Below, one piece after another: positions 11,981 to 21,789 of a stretch of 64,000 nt of DNA. The stretch spans positions 9,046 through 73,045 of the forward strand of contig DATIYT010000120.1 in assembly GCA_035517495.1 (NCBI GenBank), read 5' to 3'. Origin of the DNA: Stellaceae bacterium (GTDB taxonomy: Bacteria > Pseudomonadota > Alphaproteobacteria > ATCC43930 > CGMCC-115725). The position numbers and the translations under genes are program-made. Within the stretch, counting starts at the first letter, position 1, and every line of letters starts with the position of its first letter. The notes under the pieces were generated by a model. It was not told where the DNA came from. It saw nothing but the letters and a program-made list of their open reading frames with translations, and made no database searches.

Positions 11981-12478
11981 TCAGGCGAGAGCTCGTAAGG
12001 CCGCGAGATAAAGTCCGCCCGCGGTTATGGCGATCCCATAGGGGACCGGTTCTTTGAGGCGCTGGCGCAGGCTATCCGCCGCCGCCGAGACGCCGGGCGC
12101 GGCGGGCAGCAAGCGGCGCGCCGGAGAGAGCCAAATCAGCGCCAGTACGGCGCCGGCAAAGGCAATCACTTCGACCAACGGGAGCGCGAATCCTGGACCG
12201 GCCCAAATGCCGACTGCCGCCATCAGCTTCACATCGCCGCCACCCATCGCGCGGGCGGCGAAAAGCGCGGCACCTGCGCCAAAAAACAGCAGCCCGATGC
12301 CGAGCGCCCAGAGCGATTGGCTCGCCGGTTGATGGACAGCCGGGATCACGTAGGCCGCCGCGATCGCGGCCGGATAACGGTTGGGGATCAGGTAGTGCCG
12401 CAGATCGCTCCAGGCCGCGGCCAATAGCGCTGTCGCCATGATGGCCAGCGCGAGGAGATCGATAGCGGTTGCGGTCAT
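11981..12478 (-). CDS. cpaA: A24-family prepilin peptidase CpaA/TadV
   Basis: Small polytopic protein with the GGGDVKL motif. Lies directly downstream of the flp genes. Confidence 0.8.
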   Translation of the reverse strand: MTATAIDLLALAIMATALLAAAWSDLRHYLIPNRYPAAIAAAYVIPAVHQPASQSLWALGIGLLFFGAGAALFAARAMGGGDVKLMAAVGIWAGPGFALPLVEVIAFAGAVLALIWLSPARRLLPAAPGVSAAADSLRQRLKEPVPYGIAITAGGLYLAALRALA

Positions 12479-12514
12479 GTGCTCGGCTTCTCCGATGCGA
12501 CCTGCCGCAGGAGG

Positions 12515-12545
12515 AAGGGGACGGGTTCTAGCAGACCGTCCCCTT
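12515..12545 (-). terminator. 10-bp GC-rich hairpin between flp1 and cpaA (attenuator/terminator-like)
   Basis: AAGGGGACGG-11 nt-CCGTCCCCTT, read directly. No U-run follows on the minus strand. Confidence 0.35.
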
Positions 12546-12594
12546 CTTCGCGGAATTGATGCCGATCGGCGACATGCCGACCGGGTGGTCAGTA

Positions 12595-12768
12595 TTAGCC
12601 TGCGTTCTTCACGCTGGTAGCGATGTTGCCGTACTTGGTGTTCAGGTTGGTACCAACCGTGGTGAGGCCCGCGATGGTGACGACCGCGATGAGCGCGGCA
12701 ATGAGGCCGTACTCGATCGCCGTGGCGCCCGCCCGGTTGGCGAAAAGCTTCTGGAAGAACTTGCGCAT
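12595..12768 (-). CDS. flp: Flp-family type IVb pilin (57 aa)
   Basis: MRKFFQKLFANRAGATAIEYGLIAALIAV... carries the Flp G/xxxxEY processing motif. AGGAG lies 8 nt upstream of the ATG at 12768. The listed ORF 12595..12870 was trimmed to this start. Confidence 0.9.
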   Translation of the reverse strand: MRKFFQKLFANRAGATAIEYGLIAALIAVVTIAGLTTVGTNLNTKYGNIATSVKNAG

Positions 12769-12933
12769 TGCCGTAACTCCTGAGGTCTGCTTGGGACGAC
12801 GCGGGACAGTCTCCATGGGGACTCCTAAGAGACCGTTAATCCGCAAAACAATGACTGGTACGGGGTGCAAATTTGTTTGCCTTTTTAAAAAACTTGCTTG
12901 GTAAATCGGGTGTTCAGTGGGGTGAAAATTGGC

Positions 12934-12966
12934 CCGACCCGGCTTTCCACTTGAAAACCGGGTCGG
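12934..12966 (-). terminator. 9-bp hairpin downstream of flp2
   Basis: On the minus strand: CCGACCCGG-15 nt-CCGGGTCGG followed by GCCAATTTTC. Confidence 0.4.
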
Positions 12967-12976
12967 AGCGACTGGA

Positions 12977-13147
12977 TCAACCTGCGTTCTGCACGCTGGT
13001 GGCGATGGTTCCGTACTTGGTGTTGAGGTCGACGCCGACGGCGGTGAGACCGGCGATGGTCACAACCGCGATCAGAGCCGCGATCAGCCCGTATTCGATT
13101 GCGGTCGCGCCTTCGCGGCGCTGGACCAGTAACTTTAAGAGGCGCAT
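12977..13147 (-). CDS. flp: second Flp-family pilin (56 aa), absent from the ORF track because it is under 60 aa
   Basis: Hand translation of the minus strand gives MRLLKLLVQRREGATAIEYGLIAALIAVVTIAGLTAVGVDLNTKYGTIATSVQNAG*. AGGAGA lies 8 nt upstream. Confidence 0.85.
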   Translation of the reverse strand: MRLLKLLVQRREGATAIEYGLIAALIAVVTIAGLTAVGVDLNTKYGTIATSVQNAG

Positions 13148-13199
13148 TTGAAACTTCTCCTGGCTGGGGTCCGACGCCTGCCAGTCTCAGCAGCAGCGG

Positions 13200-13214
13200 T
13201 TAAGCCACCCTTAA
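13200..13214. promoter_or_regulatory. CtrA-type box TTAA-N7-TTAA upstream of flp2
   Basis: TTAAGCCACCCTTAA read directly, 53-67 nt upstream of the flp2 start codon. Confidence 0.35.
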
Positions 13215-13541
13215 ACCGGGCGGAACTCCGGTAATAATCGTCCTGGTATTGCCGCGAATTTTGCGAAAATGCGCTCGATTCGAAGCGCTGATTACGCCGA
13301 GTCGCATGCATGTGTGCTCAGCGAACCGAGTCCGCCGGCGCGGGAGTAATAGCGGCAGGCGAGAAATGCGCTGCGCACCCCGGTGATTCGCCCCGCAGCG
13401 GCGATTTTTATCGCAATCGCGAATCAGCAAAGTTAGAATCATCGAGACGCCAACGATTCACAAATCCGCGGCGTCCTCGCAGGGGCAACCGATTCTCATC
13501 GTCAACACATTCGGCCAGTACGGCCCATCCAGGAGTCCTTC

Positions 13542-13805
13542 ATGAAGGCGTTGATCACAGCGCTCGCGCTGGTCGCGTTCGTGGGCGCGTCCGGTTCGTC
13601 GGCGTTTGCCGCGACCCCGTCCTCGACCGCCACTCAACCCGGCAAGACCAAGCATCACTCGCATCATACGGCATCGACCACGCACCACACCGCGCACAAG
13701 TCGACGTCGCATCATCACCAGATCGCGCACAAGTCGACGTCCCACAAGCACGTCGCGCACAGCACCTCGCACGTCCACAAGGCGAAGGCCGAAAAGCAGA
13801 CCTGA
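13542..13805 (+). CDS. secreted histidine-rich basic mini-protein (87 aa precursor)
   Basis: AGGAG lies 6 nt upstream. Signal peptide ends AFA/AT. The mature 64 aa contain 16 His in HKSTSH-type repeats. Confidence 0.7.
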   Translation: MKALITALALVAFVGASGSSAFAATPSSTATQPGKTKHHSHHTASTTHHTAHKSTSHHHQIAHKSTSHKHVAHSTSHVHKAKAEKQT

Positions 13806-13869
13806 TCTGCGATCCCACGCTCGGGGATCGAATTCGGGCGCGGCCCCAAAAGTCGCGCTCGCTTGGTAC

Positions 13870-14193
13870 TCAGCGCCTGACCGGCGGCGGCGTACCGGGC
13901 TTGAGGCACGCGAATGTCGCGCGCTCGGGCGTCAGCAGTGGACAGACGAGGTCGGTGTCCTGGGTCAGCAAATAGGGGACGGTGCCAGGATCGCAGTTGG
14001 CACGGGCCACCGCCAACACCATTTGCCGCGTCGCCGTAAAGCTGTTGTAGCAGACCCCAATCCGGGAAAAGTCTTCGTGCGCCGCGGGAGGCGCGGACTT
14101 CGGCCGCGTATCGAACGGGGGCAGGCTACCGCTGCAGCCCGCCGCAGTAACGGCCAGCGTGACGGCGGCAAGAAAGGTTCGGCGCACGCGCAT
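13870..14193 (-). CDS. hypothetical lipoprotein with four further Cys
   Basis: MRVRRTFLAAVTLAVTAAGC lipobox. The ORF was trimmed from 14256 to the Met preceding the signal peptide. Confidence 0.55.
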   Translation of the reverse strand: MRVRRTFLAAVTLAVTAAGCSGSLPPFDTRPKSAPPAAHEDFSRIGVCYNSFTATRQMVLAVARANCDPGTVPYLLTQDTDLVCPLLTPERATFACLKPGTPPPVRR

Positions 14194-14332
14194 GGGGCAG
14201 CAAGCTGCCGCAGCCCGTAGGCGGGCGCAACAGCGCTCTAAGATTTTACTAAGCAATCGCCGCTAGCTTCGTCTCTGAACCTGACCCGGCGCTTCCGGTT
14301 TCAAGCGTCGCGGTTACGGCGCGAGGACGAAC

Positions 14333-15832
14333 ATGACGAGCATTGGCACGCTGAGCCAGCCCCGCGCCCGCCTTGCCCCGTCATGGCCGTTGGCCGTCGG
14401 TGCGCTCGTTTTTGCCGTGACGCTGGCCCTGGGCCCGCGGGACCTGGCCGATCCCGACATCTACTTTCACATCGTCACGGGACGCTGGATCATCGCCCAT
14501 GGCGCGGTGCCGCACGCAGATCTGTTCTCCTTCACCATGCGAGGGGCCCCTTGGGTGGCCCATGAATGGCTTGCCGAGGTCATCATGGCCTTGGCTTACG
14601 TTGGGCTCGGTTGGCATGGCCTCGTAATCGCCGCCGGTCTTGCGGTTGCCACCGCGATGGCGGTGCTGGTTCGGGCCTTGTTGCGTTCGCTCGATCCCGC
14701 CCACGCGCTCGTTGCCGCGGGAACGGCCTTTCTGTTGTTGCTGCCGCATCTTTTGGCACGGCCGCATCTCTTCGCGCTGCCGGTGATGGTCGCTTGGATC
14801 GCGTGCCTGACCGCCGCGCGGGATCGCGAGCGGCCGCCGCCGCTCGGAGCGGCGCTGCTGATGGTGCCTTGGGTCAATCTGCACGCGAGCTTTCTCTTTG
14901 GCCTCGCTTTTGCAGCCATGCTGATGGGCGAGGCGGTGCTCCTCGCCACGACGAGGGAACAGCGGTTGGCGGCGTTGCGCGGCTGGGCCGGGTTCATGGC
15001 GGCGGCCGTCCTCGCGTCCTTTGTTACCCCCAACGGCTTCGAGGCCTATCTGCTGCCCTACCGGTTGCTTCATATGCAATACGTGCTGGCCAATCTCATC
15101 GAGTGGCAGAACACAAAGCTCGGCGCGTTTCAGCCCCTCGAAGTCTGGTTGCTGCTGGTGCTATTGGCCGGCTTCACATTGCGTCTCCGTTTGCCGCCGA
15201 CCCGAATTGCCATCGTGCTGCTCCTCGCGCACATGGCGCTTGCGCACTGGCGGTACGGGGAATTGCTGGGTTTCTCCGCGCCGCTGCTCATCGCGGCACC
15301 GGCCGCAACCCAGCTTGGTCGATTCTCGGGCACGACAAGTTCTGCCTTCGATCACTGGATGAGCGACATGGCCCGTCCGGGCGGGTTCCGCGGCGCTGCC
15401 ATCACCGCCCTCATCATGGTCGCGGTGGCCGGTACCTTCTCGACCTCGGCTCTGCAGCCGCCTGACCTTTTTCGGCCTGCCGCCGCTATCGAAGCGGTGC
15501 GCGACCATCGCGTGGAGGGGCCGGTGCTGAACGACTATAATTTCGGCGGTTATCTGATCTTCGTGGGCATCCCGACCTTCATCGACGGTCGTGCCGATAT
15601 GTACGGCGACCGTTTTGTTAAGCGTGAGAGCGACGCCGTCGACCTGCACAGCGGCGATTTGCCAGCGCTGCTGGACGAGTTTCACATCGCATGGACGCTG
15701 CTCCCGCCGGACAGTCGGGCTGTCGTCCTCCTTGACCACCTGCCGGGCTGGCACCGCCTCTATGCCGACAGTATTGCCGTCGTCCATGCGCGATCGGCGT
15801 CCTCGAACGCGGAGCCACAAAGCAAGCTCTAG
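14333..15832 (+). CDS. large polytopic membrane protein, possibly a GT-C-fold glycosyltransferase
   Basis: About 11 hydrophobic segments. First loop DPDIYFHIVTGRWI...PHADLFSFT. Soluble C-terminal domain NDYNFGGYLIF..FIDGRADMYGD. Family not recognised with certainty. Confidence 0.4.
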   Translation: MTSIGTLSQPRARLAPSWPLAVGALVFAVTLALGPRDLADPDIYFHIVTGRWIIAHGAVPHADLFSFTMRGAPWVAHEWLAEVIMALAYVGLGWHGLVIAAGLAVATAMAVLVRALLRSLDPAHALVAAGTAFLLLLPHLLARPHLFALPVMVAWIACLTAARDRERPPPLGAALLMVPWVNLHASFLFGLAFAAMLMGEAVLLATTREQRLAALRGWAGFMAAAVLASFVTPNGFEAYLLPYRLLHMQYVLANLIEWQNTKLGAFQPLEVWLLLVLLAGFTLRLRLPPTRIAIVLLLAHMALAHWRYGELLGFSAPLLIAAPAATQLGRFSGTTSSAFDHWMSDMARPGGFRGAAITALIMVAVAGTFSTSALQPPDLFRPAAAIEAVRDHRVEGPVLNDYNFGGYLIFVGIPTFIDGRADMYGDRFVKRESDAVDLHSGDLPALLDEFHIAWTLLPPDSRAVVLLDHLPGWHRLYADSIAVVHARSASSNAEPQSKL

Positions 15833-16749
15833 GCTTCCTGGCGTTTGGACAAAGGCGCAAAGGATGCGAGCGCTAGTCCCGCCGTCACCAGTCCGAGTGC
15901 CACCAGCTCCGCGCCGCCGAGCTTCTCGTGCAGCAGCAACGCGCCCGATAACGCACCAACCACGGGGATTGCCAATGTTCCCATCGCGGACATGCTGCCC
16001 GGCAGCAGATCGATGGCCTTGAGCCACGCCCACTGGCAAAACAGGATCGGGAACGTAAGCACATAGGCGAAGCTGATCCATGCCGCCGTGCTCAAGGAGG
16101 CAAATTGCGGGGTCGAGCCTTCGATTGCCGTGGCGATTACGATTGGGATTCCCCCGAGCAGGAATTGCCATCCGGTGTTCTGCAGGACCGAAAGCGACCA
16201 GCGGAAATATTTCATCCCCACTGTGCCGCAAGCCCAGCTCGCCGATGCGCCGACCATCAGCAGGATGCCTAGCGGCGCCGATCGATAGTCCGCGATTTCT
16301 GGGCCAACCAGTACGGCGAGGCCGGCCATGCTGAGCGCGAGTCCGCCGAGCCGAGCGGCGTTGATCCGCTCCTTTAGAAAGAGCCAGCCGAATAGCGTCG
16401 CGAAGGCCGGCATCGTATAGGCAATGATGCTCGCATGACCCGCGGGCAGGATGCGCAGCCCATAGGCCATGAAGATTTGCCATCCGGTGACGTTGCAGAG
16501 CCCCATCATCCAGAGGGGCAAGATCTCGCGCCGCGGCACCCGGATCCGCTCGCCCGCGAGCAGTGCCAGCCCCAGCGCGCCGGCTCCGCCCGCGAGACAG
16601 CAGATCGTGCGGAATGCCAGTACCGGCATCTCCTCCACGACGATCTTGATCGCGGGCCAGGAAATGCCCCAGAACAGCGCCAGGCTTGCGAGCAGAAACA
16701 CGCCGAGCGGCGCCGTCCGACGCACCGGCGTGGTTTCGAGGGCGTTCAC
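15829..16749 (-). CDS. EamA/DMT-family transporter
   Basis: 10-TM profile with two EamA-like halves. GTGA start/stop overlap with the upstream amidase. Confidence 0.75.
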   Translation of the reverse strand: MNALETTPVRRTAPLGVFLLASLALFWGISWPAIKIVVEEMPVLAFRTICCLAGGAGALGLALLAGERIRVPRREILPLWMMGLCNVTGWQIFMAYGLRILPAGHASIIAYTMPAFATLFGWLFLKERINAARLGGLALSMAGLAVLVGPEIADYRSAPLGILLMVGASASWACGTVGMKYFRWSLSVLQNTGWQFLLGGIPIVIATAIEGSTPQFASLSTAAWISFAYVLTFPILFCQWAWLKAIDLLPGSMSAMGTLAIPVVGALSGALLLHEKLGGAELVALGLVTAGLALASFAPLSKRQEA

Positions 16750-18056
16750 GTGAGCGCTTGCTCCGCGAACTGCGCAATGGCCAGTGTGCGTGCGTCGTCG
16801 TCAAGCCGACCGACCAACTGAATGCCGATCGGCAGCCCATTGGCTCCGGTCTCCGCCGGAATGGTGACGCAGGGAAGCCGCAGCAGGGTCCAGGTGCGGT
16901 TGAAAAGCGGATCGCCCGTCATGTCGAGCCGCGCCGGCGCTTCACCCGGCGCCGCCGGAACCAGCAGCGCATCAAAGTCGCCGAACAGCTCGCCCACGCG
17001 TGCTCGCGCGGCAGCCGTCGTTTGGCGTGCCGCGTCATAGGCCGCGACCGTGATCGCCGCGGCCTCGCGCAGCAACTCAAGGCTGCGCGGCTGCAGCACA
17101 TCGAGGCGGTTGGTGCGTTCCCAAGCGAGATTGCGGCCCGCCTCATAAGTCATATGCGTCAAGTGCACATCCACGATCCCGTCATAAGCCGGGAAGGGCG
17201 GACGGTCCTGTACTTGGGCGCCGGCGCGCGAGAGACGTTCAGCGGCGCGCTCGACCGTTGCCTGACAGGCGGCATCCGCCTTGCCCCATTCGGCGGTCCG
17301 GTAAAGGCCGATGCGAGGATGCGGATGCGGCTCCTTTGGCACCAGGCCGGAGCGATTGCTGATCGCTTCGACGAAGAGGGCGACGTCGCGCACCGAACGC
17401 GCCACTCCGCCGATAGTGTCGAAGCTCTCCGCGAGCGCTTTAGTGCCGGAGAGCGGGATGGTGCCAAAGCTCGGCTTGTAACCGACGACGCCGCAGAACG
17501 ATGCGGGACGGATGATCGAACCGGCGGTCTGAGTTGCGAAGGCGAGCGGCATCATGTAATCGGCGACACCGGCTGCGGAGCCGCTGGATGAACCGCCCGG
17601 GGTATGGGCGGGATTGTGCGGATTGCGCGTCTTGCCGGGTGCGCCCGCGGCGAATTCCGTGGTGACGGTCTTTCCGAGCACGATCGCCCCGGCAGCGCGT
17701 GCCAGCGCCACGCATGCGGCGTCGGCGCGGGGACGGTACCCCTCATAGGCGCGCGAACCGTGCGTCGTCGGCATATCGGCGGTTTCCATAATGTCTTTGA
17801 CGCCGATGGGCAGGCCGTGCAGCGCCCCGCGCATACCAGCCTTGTCCGCGGCGCGGGCCGACGCGAGCGCCTGCTCCGAATCGAGATGTTGCCAGGCACC
17901 AACCACCGGCTCGCGCGCAGCGATGCGCTCCAAGAGCGCGCGCATCAACGCTTCGGCGGTGAGTATGCCGCCCGACAGCCGGCGCAGCGCGTCATGGGCG
18001 GAGAGGCGAGTAAGATCGGGCATGGAAACCTCAGGCGAGCGTATGGGGCGGGACAC
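16746..18056 (-). CDS. amidase-signature family amidase
   Basis: Amidase signature GGSSSGSAAGVA and a conserved Ser-cisSer-Lys context. Confidence 0.8.
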   Translation of the reverse strand: MSRPIRSPEVSMPDLTRLSAHDALRRLSGGILTAEALMRALLERIAAREPVVGAWQHLDSEQALASARAADKAGMRGALHGLPIGVKDIMETADMPTTHGSRAYEGYRPRADAACVALARAAGAIVLGKTVTTEFAAGAPGKTRNPHNPAHTPGGSSSGSAAGVADYMMPLAFATQTAGSIIRPASFCGVVGYKPSFGTIPLSGTKALAESFDTIGGVARSVRDVALFVEAISNRSGLVPKEPHPHPRIGLYRTAEWGKADAACQATVERAAERLSRAGAQVQDRPPFPAYDGIVDVHLTHMTYEAGRNLAWERTNRLDVLQPRSLELLREAAAITVAAYDAARQTTAAARARVGELFGDFDALLVPAAPGEAPARLDMTGDPLFNRTWTLLRLPCVTIPAETGANGLPIGIQLVGRLDDDARTLAIAQFAEQALT

Positions 18057-18176
18057 GGCTATTTGAGCAGCGCCGCGCCCTCCCGTCGACTCCCCAAAGC
18101 GCGCGATTGTCGCTAAATAGAAGGGGTGCCGGCGCGGTCATGCGCCAGCAAACGAAATATATCGGAGGAAAGATCG

Positions 18177-18794
18177 ATGGCACTGACCCTCTACGGCATC
18201 GCGCGCTCGCGCGCGTTCCGCAACATGTGGACCGCGGGCGAACTCGGCATCGGCTATGAGCACGTCAAAACCGACTTCTCGGAGAGCGGCACCAAGAACC
18301 CGGCGTTCCGCTCGGTCAATCCCAACGCCAGCGTCCCCGTGATCGACGACGACGGCTTCAAGCTCTGGGAGTCGCTCGCGATCAATCTCTATCTCGCGAA
18401 GAAGCACGCTGATAAGGGGCTCTACCCGTCGAACCTCAAGGACGAGGCCAAGGTCTGGCAGTGGACCTTGTGGGCCGCGGCCAACATCGAGGGGCCGGTC
18501 GGCATCTGGGGCATGCACACGCAGGCGCTGCCGCTGGAGAAACGCGATGCCAAACAGGCGGCGGATGGGCTGCAAAAGCTGCAGGGGCCGCTCAAGGTGC
18601 TCGACGATCATCTGGCGAAGCAGCAATTCCTTGTCGGCAACAGCTTCACGATCGCCGACCTCAACCTCGCGAGCGTGATGATCCGGGCGCTGCAGATGGA
18701 CTTGAAGGCGTATCCGCATGTCCATGCGTGGCTCAATCGCTGCCTCGATCGTCCGGCAGCATTGGCGGCACGCAAGCTGCGCGATGCCGCGTAA
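18177..18794 (+). CDS. glutathione S-transferase
   Basis: Start trimmed to MALTLYGI, which follows GGAGGA. GST N-domain SVNPNASVPVIDDDGFKLWESLAINLYL. Confidence 0.7.
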   Translation: MALTLYGIARSRAFRNMWTAGELGIGYEHVKTDFSESGTKNPAFRSVNPNASVPVIDDDGFKLWESLAINLYLAKKHADKGLYPSNLKDEAKVWQWTLWAAANIEGPVGIWGMHTQALPLEKRDAKQAADGLQKLQGPLKVLDDHLAKQQFLVGNSFTIADLNLASVMIRALQMDLKAYPHVHAWLNRCLDRPAALAARKLRDAA

Positions 18795-18815
18795 GCCCGT
18801 CTCGGGATCGCGGCG

Positions 18816-19199
18816 GTGGCGAGCAACCCCATGAACGATCCTCTCGACCCCGCCGGGATCACGGGCTATCACGCGCACGTCTATTATGACCCCGCGACGC
18901 GCGACAGGGCGGCTTGGTTGCGCGAGGAGATCGGCCGGCGCTTCGAGTGCACGCTCGGGCGCTGGCACGATAACCCCGTGGGGCCGCATCCGACCTCGAT
19001 GTATCAGGTGGCGTTCCCGGTGGCGGAGTTTCCGCGTCTCGTGCCATGGCTGATGTTGAATCGTCGCGAGCTTGTGGTCTTGGTCCATCCCTTGACCGGG
19101 GACGACTATGATGACCACGCTCACCACGCGCTCTGGCTGGGCGCCAAACTGCCACTCAACCTCGATGTGCTGCATCGCGGGAAGACGGCCGTGGTTTGA
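18816..19199 (+). CDS. DOPA 4,5-dioxygenase-family protein
   Basis: ITGYHAHVYYD...GRWHDNPVGPHP...VLVHPLTGDDYDDH matches the DOPA_dioxygen family pattern. Confidence 0.6.
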   Translation: MASNPMNDPLDPAGITGYHAHVYYDPATRDRAAWLREEIGRRFECTLGRWHDNPVGPHPTSMYQVAFPVAEFPRLVPWLMLNRRELVVLVHPLTGDDYDDHAHHALWLGAKLPLNLDVLHRGKTAVV

Positions 19200-19210
19200 G
19201 TCGTCAGTTT

Positions 19211-19273
19211 TCAGTTGCTGGTTGTCAGTTCTCGGAGAGAGAAATTTCGAGAGCTGACAACCGACAACCGACA
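19211..19273. repeat. long imperfect palindrome built from 7-nt repeats
   Basis: Core stem is 14 bp with one G.U pair: GTTGTCAGTTCTCG-13 nt-CGAGAGCTGACAAC. It is flanked by TCAGTT x3 on the left and CGACAAC x3 on the right. Confidence 0.6.
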
Positions 19274-19317
19274 ACTTCCATTGCCCTTGACGCCGCCGTC
19301 GCGGAGCCGAGATACTA

Positions 19318-19436
19318 AGGCTGGTCCAAGGGGAGCCCCGCCAAGGGGCTGAGAGACCGCAAGCTCGGCTCTGGAGTGAGGCGGGCGGCGCGGAAACCCT
19401 TAGAACCTGATCCGGATCGTACCGGCGTAGGGACAG
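19318..19436 (+). promoter_or_regulatory. TPP (THI-box) riboswitch aptamer
   Basis: Contains GGGGCUGAGAG and ACCCUUAGAACCUGAUCCGGAUCGUACCGGCGUAGGGA, the conserved THI-box cores. Lies directly upstream of thiC. Confidence 0.9.
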
Positions 19437-19456
19437 GAACCGATCGGCCGCAATAG

Positions 19457-21785
<2,329 letters not shown>

Positions 21786-21789
<4 letters not shown>

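Noticed and set aside
12873-13151. A listed 92-aa plus-strand ORF between the pilin genes.
   Set aside because: It is the antisense shadow of the unlisted 56-aa flp2 gene, which has a Flp motif, a ribosome-binding site and a downstream hairpin.
13381-13500. Several GAATC/GATTC half-sites and an ATTTT-GCG-AAAAT inverted repeat upstream of the His-rich gene and flp2. These were considered as a metalloregulator (Fur/Zur/NikR) operator.
   Set aside because: None matches a consensus I can name, and the arms are only 5 bp. The observation is noted but not supportable as a defined site.
13620-13790. Tandem direct DNA repeats (GCGCACAAGTCGACGTC twice) that could suggest a small repeat array.
   Set aside because: They lie inside a well-supported ORF and simply encode the HKSTSH peptide repeats. 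There is no spacer/repeat architecture, so this is not a CRISPR array.
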